DNA from: Lysobacteraceae bacterium
GTDB taxonomy: Bacteria; Pseudomonadota; Gammaproteobacteria; Xanthomonadales; Xanthomonadaceae
Assembly: GCA_049296025.1 (NCBI GenBank)
Contig: JBAQRU010000053.1
Coordinates: 2,088-66,087 of the forward strand
DNA length: 64,000 nt
Reading direction: 5' to 3'
Shown: piece by piece, positions 31,724 to 39,840 of the stretch
Position numbering within the stretch: position 1 is the stretch's first letter
How the letters are laid out: each line of letters starts with the position of its first letter
The notes under the pieces: generated by a model
The model's database searches: none
Told to the model about the DNA's origin: nothing
Seen by the model: the letters and a program-made list of their open reading frames with translations, nothing else
Translations under genes and position numbers: made by a program

Positions 31724-34717
31724 ATGACTTTGAAGACCAACAAACTCCGCGACGCGATTTCGTTCGCGCTCGTGGGCGCTACCGCCCTCGCGGGCACGAG
31801 CGTTGCATTCGCTCAAGACACGCCTTCCGATGATGAACTCGACACCGTCGTCGTCACCGGTTCGCGCATTCGCGTCGCCACCGACGAAGAAGGCACCTCG
31901 CCGCTGCTGACCATCGATCGTGCCGCGATCGAAGCTACCGGTCTGACCTCGGTCGGCGACATCCTGTTCAACATCACCGCCAGTGACGGCGGCGCGTTGC
32001 GCAATATCACCACCAGCACCAACGGCAGCGACGGCACTCAGAACATCTCGCTGCGCGGCTTGGGTTCGACCCGTACCCTGCTTCTCGTCAACGGCCGCCG
32101 CTGGGTTACCCAGGGTTCCGGCGACGTCGACCTGAACACCATTCCGATCTCGGTCGTCGAGCGCATCGAAGTGCTGAAGGACGGCGCCTCGGCCATCTAT
32201 GGTTCCGACGCGATCGCAGGCGTGATCAACGTGATCACCCGCAAGAATTTCGACGGCGCCGAAGCCAAGGCCTACATGGGCGCTTACACCAAAGGCGACG
32301 GTCTGCAGCAGTCCTACGACTTCACCGTCGGCTCGAACAGCGATCGTTGGAACGCCGTGCTCAGCCTCGGCTACCAGACCCAGGATCCGGTGTACGCCGG
32401 TGATCGTGAAATCTCGTCGGTGCCGGTCTACGGCGGCGGTGATCTGGCGTCGGGCGGTCTCTACGGTTCGGGCAGCACTCTGCGCGGCAACTTCACCCGT
32501 TGCGCCGGTGCTCTGACTCCGACTTCGACCGGCTTCCAGACCTGCACCATCGTCGCTGGCGGTCCGTTCACCCTGAATCAGGGCGACGATGGCCGTCAAG
32601 CGACCGACTTCCGTCGTTTCATCAGCTACACCTTCGACGGTTCGGGCAGCTCGGACCGCTACAACTTCGCACCGGTCAACTACCTGTTGCAGCCGATCGA
32701 ACGCTTCAACGTCTACGGCCAGGGCACCCTGCGCCTGACCGACCGCATCAACGCCAATGTCCAGGCCGTCTACGTCAAGCGCGACTCCGACCAGCAGTTG
32801 GCCGAAGTGCCGCTGACCATGGACATCCGCGGCGCGAGTGGTCCGCAGTGGGCGTTCGCGCCGACCGCTGGCAACGTGTTCAATCCCTTCGGTCAAGACC
32901 TCCGCGCGGCCAACTTCCGCGCAGCTGCCGTCGGCCCGCGCAAGCCTTACTACGACAATGACAACACCGCGGTGACCCTGTCGTTCGACGGCTCGTTCGA
33001 CCTGGCCGGCCGTGACATGTACTGGGATGCCGGTTATTCGTACCTGAACTCGCGCATCTCCGTCCGTGGCGAGAACTACATCAACCTGTTCAACCTGCGT
33101 CGTGCCGTCGGCGATTCCCGTCGTAACGCCGTAACCGGTGCGCTGGAATGTCTGGACGGTGCCGGCGCGGTCATCAGTGGTTGCGTGCCGTACAACCTCT
33201 TCGGTGGTCCGGACCTCGGTCTGGCGGCAGGCGTGATTTCGCAGGCCGAATACGATGCGATGAACCGCTACATCAGCTACACCAAGAACGAGTTCCAGGA
33301 AAACACCACGAAGGATTACTTCGCGAATCTTTCCGGCTCGATCGTCGATCTGCCGGCCGGCCCGCTGGGCTTCGCCGTTGGCCTGGAACACCGCCGCACC
33401 AGTTTCGTCAACCAGCCCGACGCGCTCGTCGCTGGCGGCGGTTCGTCGGACAATTTCTCCGAGCCGACCAGCGGCGCGGTGAACTCCGATGAAATCTACG
33501 CCGAGTTGAACGTGCCGATCCTGGCCGACATCCCGGGCGCCAAACTGCTGGAACTGAATCTGGCGGCCCGCAAGTCCGACTACGAAACCTCCGGCTTCTT
33601 CGGTGGAAGCAACATCTCCCCGAACCTCGGTGGCGACACTTCGAAGAAGATCGGCGTGAAGTGGCAGGTGTTCGACGACCTGATGTTCCGCTACACCCAT
33701 TCGGAATCGTTCCGCGCCCCGAGCGTGACCGATCTGTACGCAGGCGGCGGCGAAAGCTTCCCGCAGGCTGTCGATCCCTGCAACCCGGCCAATATCGGTC
33801 TGGCGACCACTGATGCATCGCGATGCATCGCTGATGGCGTGCCCGCTGGCGGCGTGGCACAGCCCAATTCGCAGATCCGTTCGCTGGTCGGCGGCAACCC
33901 GAATCTGGAGCCGGAATTCGGCACCACCCAGAGTTTCGGCGTGGTCTACAGCCCGAGCTGGGCCCCGGGTCTGAACTTCACCCTCGACTGGTACAAGATC
34001 GAGCTTGAGGAAGTGATCTCGTTCCGTGGCGCGCAGTCCATTCTCAACGCCTGCTACCGCAACATCGGTTCGCCCGGTGGTGCAGACGATGCCGCCCAGC
34101 GCGCCTTGTTCTGCTCCTTCGTCACCCGCGACTCGACCGGCACTATCACCGACCTGCGCCAGTCGAGCTTCAATCTGGACAAGGGCAAAGTCGAGGGTTA
34201 CGACTTCCAGGCCACCTACGCCATGCCGGAAACCGCATGGGGCAAGTTCGCGTTCCAGTGGGATAACACCTATCAGACCGAGAACACCCTGTTCGGCACC
34301 GTGGGCGAGTACAACGGTGCGCCGACGTGGCGTCTGCGCTCGAACTTCACCACCTCGTGGAAGAAGGGCGACTGGGATGCTTCGTGGGCCGTCCGCTACT
34401 ACTCCGCCCTCGACGAAACCTGCGATGGTGGTTACTACTTCGAATACGGCATCACGCCGAGCGAAATCTGCAACCACGACGTCTACGATTCCAACGGCAA
34501 CTTCCTCGCCTACGAAAACCAAATCGGCTCGCGCATCTATCACGATGTGCAGGTCGGCGTGAAGTTGCCGTGGAATGCCAAGGTTTCCGCCGGTGCCCGC
34601 AACCTGTTCGGCAAGGAACCGCCGATCACCCGCAACTCGTTCGCGCATTCGTTCGACGGCGCTTACGATCTGCCGGGCGGTGGTTTCTTCTACCTGCAGT
34701 ACAACCAGAAGTTCTGA
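31724..34717 (+). CDS. TonB-dependent receptor
   Basis: Signal peptide, plug motifs (LDTVVVTGSRI, ISLRGLGSTRTLLLVNGRR, IERIEVLKDGASAIYGSDAIAGVINVITR) and terminal FFYLQYNQKF. Start set at ATG 31724. Confidence 0.9.
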   Translation: MTLKTNKLRDAISFALVGATALAGTSVAFAQDTPSDDELDTVVVTGSRIRVATDEEGTSPLLTIDRAAIEATGLTSVGDILFNITASDGGALRNITTSTNGSDGTQNISLRGLGSTRTLLLVNGRRWVTQGSGDVDLNTIPISVVERIEVLKDGASAIYGSDAIAGVINVITRKNFDGAEAKAYMGAYTKGDGLQQSYDFTVGSNSDRWNAVLSLGYQTQDPVYAGDREISSVPVYGGGDLASGGLYGSGSTLRGNFTRCAGALTPTSTGFQTCTIVAGGPFTLNQGDDGRQATDFRRFISYTFDGSGSSDRYNFAPVNYLLQPIERFNVYGQGTLRLTDRINANVQAVYVKRDSDQQLAEVPLTMDIRGASGPQWAFAPTAGNVFNPFGQDLRAANFRAAAVGPRKPYYDNDNTAVTLSFDGSFDLAGRDMYWDAGYSYLNSRISVRGENYINLFNLRRAVGDSRRNAVTGALECLDGAGAVISGCVPYNLFGGPDLGLAAGVISQAEYDAMNRYISYTKNEFQENTTKDYFANLSGSIVDLPAGPLGFAVGLEHRRTSFVNQPDALVAGGGSSDNFSEPTSGAVNSDEIYAELNVPILADIPGAKLLELNLAARKSDYETSGFFGGSNISPNLGGDTSKKIGVKWQVFDDLMFRYTHSESFRAPSVTDLYAGGGESFPQAVDPCNPANIGLATTDASRCIADGVPAGGVAQPNSQIRSLVGGNPNLEPEFGTTQSFGVVYSPSWAPGLNFTLDWYKIELEEVISFRGAQSILNACYRNIGSPGGADDAAQRALFCSFVTRDSTGTITDLRQSSFNLDKGKVEGYDFQATYAMPETAWGKFAFQWDNTYQTENTLFGTVGEYNGAPTWRLRSNFTTSWKKGDWDASWAVRYYSALDETCDGGYYFEYGITPSEICNHDVYDSNGNFLAYENQIGSRIYHDVQVGVKLPWNAKVSAGARNLFGKEPPITRNSFAHSFDGAYDLPGGGFFYLQYNQKF

Positions 34718-34750
34718 TCGCTTCCGGTTCAGCTTCAATCGCACGACGAA

Positions 34751-34777
34751 ACGGCCTCCGAAAGGGGGCCGTTTTTT
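34751..34777 (+). terminator. Rho-independent terminator after the TonB-dependent receptor
   Basis: ACGGCCTCC-GAAA-GGGGGCCGT followed by TTTTTT. Confidence 0.7.
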
Positions 34778-34818
34778 GTGCGGCACTTTATATCGCTTGC
34801 GTAAACCAGCCGAGGCAC

Positions 34819-35475
34819 TCAGCCAGGGCGATTGAACCAGGCGTTGAACGCGACCGTGACGCGTTGCCCCGTACCGCGAAACGGCGTGACGTAATGACCG
34901 AGCCACGAGGGAAAGAACACCAATTGGCCAGGCTTGAGGGTAATCACGAAGTTGCCGTGACTGTAGGGCCAGCGTAGACGCGCATTGGCAGCATCGAGGA
35001 ACGTGTTCACCGCCATTTGCGGATGCGGAAACACGAGACAACCGTTGTTCTCGTAGCCGGGGTCGGGCTGTCCATCCGACACACAGTAGACACCGGACCA
35101 GCTCGCCATCGGATGGTTGTGATAACCGAAATAGCCGCCGTCACGGGTAACGTGGAACCACGTCTGACTGGCGATACGCAGCCCCCGGGTACCCTCGGCC
35201 AGATCCGGATTGATGTTGCGCAGGAATTCGCCCAAAGCCCCCCAGACCCAACCGCGCAACGCCTGCACGCAAGCCTCTTCGCTCGCGAAGAAATCGAAAT
35301 CGCTTTCGAACAGCCCATCGGGCTGGTGGACGACCGGATCCGGGTTGCGGTAGCCGGCACCCCGCGCTTCGAGGGCCAGAATCACCCGCATCAGCGCTTC
35401 ATTCAACTCAGCCGGCTCAGGGTGGAAGCGTTCCGCCATCGGCACGGCGAAGGCGGGAAACACATTGATGGTCAT
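34819..35475 (-). CDS. 2OG-Fe(II) oxygenase, TIGR02466/2OG-FeII_Oxy_5-like
   Basis: TWFHVTRDGGYFGYHNHPMASWSGVYCV and LVFFPSWLGHYVTPF motifs. Start set at ATG 35475 (MTINVFP). Confidence 0.75.
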   Translation of the reverse strand: MTINVFPAFAVPMAERFHPEPAELNEALMRVILALEARGAGYRNPDPVVHQPDGLFESDFDFFASEEACVQALRGWVWGALGEFLRNINPDLAEGTRGLRIASQTWFHVTRDGGYFGYHNHPMASWSGVYCVSDGQPDPGYENNGCLVFPHPQMAVNTFLDAANARLRWPYSHGNFVITLKPGQLVFFPSWLGHYVTPFRGTGQRVTVAFNAWFNRPG

Positions 35476-35590
35476 CTGTGGAACTCCCCGGAATGCAGTC
35501 AGACGCACCATAGCTGCGGGGCCGAGCGACCGACACCGCTGACGTCAAATTTTGGCTGCGCGCTTTCTCTGACAACTCGCGTGACCCAGG

Positions 35591-37174
35591 TCAAAGTAAG
35601 CCATGCGTCGCCAGACGGTCGAGCATCGGCCCCAGATGGCGTTCGTAAGCCCGCCACAAACCGCCGCGATTGGTGAGGATGCCCTTGCGGACCTGGTTCG
35701 AGCTGGCGGTGGCGACCATGCCGCTGCCGCGCCCGACTTCCAGCATGTCCGGGCGGAAATCGAAGCCGCAGTGCGCCGCGATCCGACGCGCCTGCGTCTC
35801 GGGCTCGGACACCATGGCATCGTAATCGATGTCGAACACCCGCCCCGGCAAGGTCTCCCGCCAATAGTCCATCAGGTCGCGGTAGGCCTTGTAGTAATCG
35901 GTCATCTCGATCTGGTCGTATGAGTACGACGCTTCGGTGGTGAACAGCGTGCGCAGGTTGGAGAAGCAGGTGTCTGCCGGATCGCGACGCATATGCAGCA
36001 GCCGTGCCTGCGGCAACGCCTTGGCGATCGGGCCCAGCAGGACGAAGTTCGGATTCTGCTTCTCGGTGACGAACGCACGCCCGCGCCCTCGGGTGCGCAT
36101 GGCATTGAGGAAACCACGGCCGATGGCCGGGTAGTCAAAGCCACGGGCGCGCTCGACGATCGTCGAATCCACGATGCCGCGGCAGAAGTGGTCGGCGGCG
36201 TGGCGCAGTTGCGCCGGAAAGGTGTAGGTCTCGCCGGCGTCGGCGACATCGGGATGACCCGACAAAATGCGCTCAAGCAAGGTGGTGCCGCTGCGATGCA
36301 TGCCGACGATGAAGATCGGAGTCATCGGATCTTCGATCGGTTCGCCGCAGGAAAATTCGGCGTCGAAGGCCGAGCGCAGCGCGTCGAAGACCGCCGTGGT
36401 CTGGGCATGGTCGTAAGGCTGTTCGACCCGGCGGGCGCGGCACGCGCGCGCCAGTGCTTCCCACGCGCCGTCGTAGTCGCCCAGATCGTGCAATTCGTTG
36501 TGCAGGGCGTAACCGAGATGCCCTTCGTCCTTGGCCGTGAGGTTGGGCTGCGCCAGCAGCTTGCGCAGCGCGTCGACACGGTTGCGCTCCGGCGTGTTCC
36601 TGGCCACTCGCGACAGCACCGAATACACCGCCGCAAAGGTCGGACGGATTTTCAACGCGCGCTCGAAAGCCACAACGGATTCCTCGGAGCGGCCCGCGAA
36701 CATCAGCACCAATCCGTGCATGTTGTGCGCCTCGGCGAGGTCCGGACGCAACTTCAACGCGTGTTCGATCCAGATCAGCGTCTTCTCGTGGTCGCCGGCA
36801 CTGGCGAAAAATGAGGCGAGATCGATCAGCTTCTCTGGCGACAGCTTCATCGCCAGCCCGGTGCGTTCGATATACGCCTGCAGCTCGGGCAGCGCTTCGA
36901 ATCGGCGCAGGCGCCGCGCCACTGCCAGCCCTGCCATCGGCGGCACGCCATCGACCTTGGCTGCGGCAAGTACCGCGTGCAAAGACTCACGATAGGCGTC
37001 GAGCTTTTCCTTCGCGGTGGACAGCTCCAGCCACGCCGGCAGGAAACTGCGGTCGTGCTCGACGATGGCCTCGTAGGAAGCTGCAGCCTGGCGCCATTGC
37101 TGGTGCTGGGTATGACGCTGCCCCTGCTGCCAGAGCGCCTGTTGCTTGTTCGACAGTGTGGGGTTCGACATCAC
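35591..37174 (-). CDS. TPR-repeat sulfotransferase
   Basis: N-terminal TPR-like helices, then PIFIVGMHRSGTTLLERILSGHP (PAPS-binding loop). Confidence 0.8.
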   Translation of the reverse strand: MMSNPTLSNKQQALWQQGQRHTQHQQWRQAAASYEAIVEHDRSFLPAWLELSTAKEKLDAYRESLHAVLAAAKVDGVPPMAGLAVARRLRRFEALPELQAYIERTGLAMKLSPEKLIDLASFFASAGDHEKTLIWIEHALKLRPDLAEAHNMHGLVLMFAGRSEESVVAFERALKIRPTFAAVYSVLSRVARNTPERNRVDALRKLLAQPNLTAKDEGHLGYALHNELHDLGDYDGAWEALARACRARRVEQPYDHAQTTAVFDALRSAFDAEFSCGEPIEDPMTPIFIVGMHRSGTTLLERILSGHPDVADAGETYTFPAQLRHAADHFCRGIVDSTIVERARGFDYPAIGRGFLNAMRTRGRGRAFVTEKQNPNFVLLGPIAKALPQARLLHMRRDPADTCFSNLRTLFTTEASYSYDQIEMTDYYKAYRDLMDYWRETLPGRVFDIDYDAMVSEPETQARRIAAHCGFDFRPDMLEVGRGSGMVATASSNQVRKGILTNRGGLWRAYERHLGPMLDRLATHGLL

Positions 37175-37240
37175 GCGATTTTAGGGGAAACCCAAGCCGC
37201 CGCGCATTCGGCAACGGCCGAGGATGCGCGGGAGCGACCG

Positions 37241-39040
37241 TCAGCCGCCCAATTCGCCGAGGATACGCGCCTGTTCGACCTTCAGGACCGCAGGCATGCG
37301 CGGGCCGTATTCGTCGAGGAACTCGCCGATGCTGGCGAATTCGGCTTGCCATCCGGCGCGATCGAAACCGAACAGTTTCTCGCCAGCTTCACTGCTCAGG
37401 CTGACGCCATCAAGATTCAAATCGCCCGGTTGCGGCAACCCGCCGATCGGCGTATCGAGGGCTCCGGCCGTGCCCTTCACACGTTCGATCATCCACTCGA
37501 TCACGCGCAGGTTGTCGCCGAAGCCCGGCCACAGGAATTTTCCGTCGTCGCCCTTGCGGAACCAGTTGACGTGGAAAATCTTCGGCAACTTCGCGCCGGC
37601 TTGATCGAACGACAGCCAGTGTCCGAAATAGTCGGCGAAGTTGTAGCCGCAGAAGGGCTTCATCGCCATCGGGTCACGACGCATCACGCCGACCGCACCG
37701 GTCGCTGCGGCCGTGGTTTCCGAGCCCATCGCAGCGCCGATCAGCACACCGTGAGTCCAGTCTCGCGCCTCGAATACCAGGGGCACCAGCGACGCACGAC
37801 GACCGCCGAACACGATCGCGCTGATCGGTACGCCCTGCACATCTTCCGCTTTCGGCGAGTACGACGGGCACTGCTTGGCGCTGACGGTGAAGCGTGAGTT
37901 CGGATGCGCGGCCGGACCACGCGCTGGATCGTTGCAATCGTAGTCACGACCGCGCCAATCAAACGCTGGCACGCCGCCATCCAAGCCCTCCCACCATGGC
38001 TGCACGTCGGCGGTCAGTGCGACGTTGGTGAAAATCGTGTCGTGCTGGATCGTCGCCAATGCATTGGGATTGGACTTGCTCGACGTGCCGGGCGCGACGC
38101 CGAAGAAACCGGCTTCCGGATTGATCGCGTACAGACGGCCGTCGGCGCCGGGGCGCATCCAGCAGATGTCGTCGCCGATGGTGGTGACTTTCCAGCCATC
38201 GTGGCGGTAGCCCTCCGGCGGAATCAGCATCGCCAGATTGGTCTTGCCGCAAGCCGAGGGGAAAGCCGCAGCGATGTAGTGGGTCTCGCCCTGCGGATTT
38301 TCCACGCCGAGGATCAGCATGTGCTCCGCAAGCCAACCTTCGCTGCGCGCCTGGTACGAGGCGATGCGCAACGCGTGGCACTTCTTGCCCAGCAGCGCAT
38401 TGCCGCCATAGCCGGAACCGAACGACTTGATCGTCAGCTGCTCCGGGAAATGCATGATGAAACGACGGTTGGGATCGAGTTCGCCAATCGAATGCAGGCC
38501 CTTCACGAACACGGCGCCCGCGAGCCCTTCGCGCTCGATGCGCGCCAGCGCCGACGCGCCCATGCGGGTCATAATGCGCATGTTCGCGACCACGTACGGC
38601 GAATCGGTGATTTCCACGCCGCAGCGCGACAGTGGCGAATCGATCGGGCCCATGCAGTACGGAATCACGTACATCGTCCGACCTTTCATGCAGCCATCGA
38701 ACAAGGCATCCATGGTGGCATGGCCTTCGTCGGGCGCCATCCAGTGATTGTTCGGACCGGCGTCGTCGGCCTGCGTGGTGCAGACGAACGTGAGGTGCTC
38801 GACGCGGGCGACATCGTCCGGATGCGAGCGGTGCAGCCAGCTGTCCGGATGGGTCTTTTCGTTGAGTTTGATCAGGGTGCCGTCGGCCTGCATCTTGGCG
38901 ATCAGCGCGGCGTTCTCGGCATCGCTGCCGTCGCACCAGTGGATCGCGTCCGGGCGGGTCAAGCGCGCGGCCTCCTCCACCCATTGATTCAATGCGTCGA
39001 GACGGGTGACGGGGTGTTGGGGCACGGCGAGGGCATTCAT
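37241..39040 (-). CDS. pckG: Phosphoenolpyruvate carboxykinase (GTP)
   Basis: About 600 aa with FPSACGKTNLAML (kinase-1a P-loop), WMRPG..G.LYAINPE and HVNWFRK motifs. Confidence 0.95.
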   Translation of the reverse strand: MNALAVPQHPVTRLDALNQWVEEAARLTRPDAIHWCDGSDAENAALIAKMQADGTLIKLNEKTHPDSWLHRSHPDDVARVEHLTFVCTTQADDAGPNNHWMAPDEGHATMDALFDGCMKGRTMYVIPYCMGPIDSPLSRCGVEITDSPYVVANMRIMTRMGASALARIEREGLAGAVFVKGLHSIGELDPNRRFIMHFPEQLTIKSFGSGYGGNALLGKKCHALRIASYQARSEGWLAEHMLILGVENPQGETHYIAAAFPSACGKTNLAMLIPPEGYRHDGWKVTTIGDDICWMRPGADGRLYAINPEAGFFGVAPGTSSKSNPNALATIQHDTIFTNVALTADVQPWWEGLDGGVPAFDWRGRDYDCNDPARGPAAHPNSRFTVSAKQCPSYSPKAEDVQGVPISAIVFGGRRASLVPLVFEARDWTHGVLIGAAMGSETTAAATGAVGVMRRDPMAMKPFCGYNFADYFGHWLSFDQAGAKLPKIFHVNWFRKGDDGKFLWPGFGDNLRVIEWMIERVKGTAGALDTPIGGLPQPGDLNLDGVSLSSEAGEKLFGFDRAGWQAEFASIGEFLDEYGPRMPAVLKVEQARILGELGG

Positions 39041-39048
39041 GCGCTGAC

Positions 39049-39645
39049 TCAGGCTTTGTGAAGAGGAGGAATCAAGGTGTCCATGACGTGCTCGACGTAG
39101 GCCTCGAATTCGTCGTGCGCCAGACGCGGTTGATGCAGCTGCAGGCTGAGCTGCAGGAAGCCGACGTACGCGGCGTAGGCTAGGCGCGCGCGATGCTGGG
39201 CATCGGTGCGCACCAGCCCGGTCTGACGGAAAGAAGCAGCGAGATAGTCGAGGCGACGTTGCGAGACGCGACCGATCACCGGCCCCACTGCGGGGTGATC
39301 CAGCGCTTTGAGCAGTTCGCTGTAGATCTTGTGCGATTTCACTTCGTGCGCGACCACCTGGAACAGCGCGCGCAGGCGCTGTCGAGGATCGCGCACGGCT
39401 TCGAGTTTGCCGAAAACGGTCTCCTGCTCCACCGATTCCCAGCGCTCCAGCGCCGCCGCCAGCAAGGCGTCGCGGGATGGAAAATGCCAGTAGAAACTGC
39501 CTTTGGTGACGCCGAGGCGTCGAGCCAGCGGCTCGACCGCCACCGAGGCCACGCCCTGCTCGGAGATCAGGTCCAGGGCGGCCTGCGCCCAGTCTTCGGC
39601 GCTCAGGCGGCCGTTCCGTTCGGTTTTCGCGGCGACATCGGTCAT
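39049..39645 (-). CDS. TetR/AcrR-family transcriptional regulator
   Basis: N-terminal HTH ..AALDLISEQGVASVAVEPLARRLGVTKGSFYWHFPSRDALL. Confidence 0.85.
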   Translation of the reverse strand: MTDVAAKTERNGRLSAEDWAQAALDLISEQGVASVAVEPLARRLGVTKGSFYWHFPSRDALLAAALERWESVEQETVFGKLEAVRDPRQRLRALFQVVAHEVKSHKIYSELLKALDHPAVGPVIGRVSQRRLDYLAASFRQTGLVRTDAQHRARLAYAAYVGFLQLSLQLHQPRLAHDEFEAYVEHVMDTLIPPLHKA

Positions 39646-39752
39646 GCCGCCAGTTTAACCATACGGAACGGTTCGGGACAGTATCGTGTGACTACGATTT
39701 CAATCCAGTATTCCGGCACTTTCCGGCACATTGACATCCGCCGATCCGTCTA

Positions 39753-39772
39753 TCCATACTTCAGCGTATGGA
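39753..39772. promoter_or_regulatory. Candidate operator: TCCATAC-N6-GTATGGA in the TetR/fadE divergent region
   Basis: Perfect 7-bp inverted repeat about 16 nt downstream of a TTGACA (39731-39736). A further CCATAC copy lies near 39660. Confidence 0.3.
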
Positions 39773-39840
39773 GCAGCCATCCGGCCGCTCCGCAAGGCAT
39801 TCACATCCCACGCCGAGCCGACGGCTCGCCGGAGCGCATC

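Noticed and set aside
31535-35041. Very long antisense or alternative-frame ORFs. Examples are 31535-35041 (-) 1168 aa, 39700-42411 (-) 903 aa, 20103-23150 (+) 1015 aa, 3098-4543 (-) and 24784-25527 (-).
   Set aside because: Their translations are Arg/Ala/Gly/Pro-rich low-complexity strings, as expected from stop-codon depletion in high-GC DNA. In every case another frame or strand encodes a protein with clear family signatures (TonB-dependent receptor, FadE, PrfC, AroB, hemolysin III).
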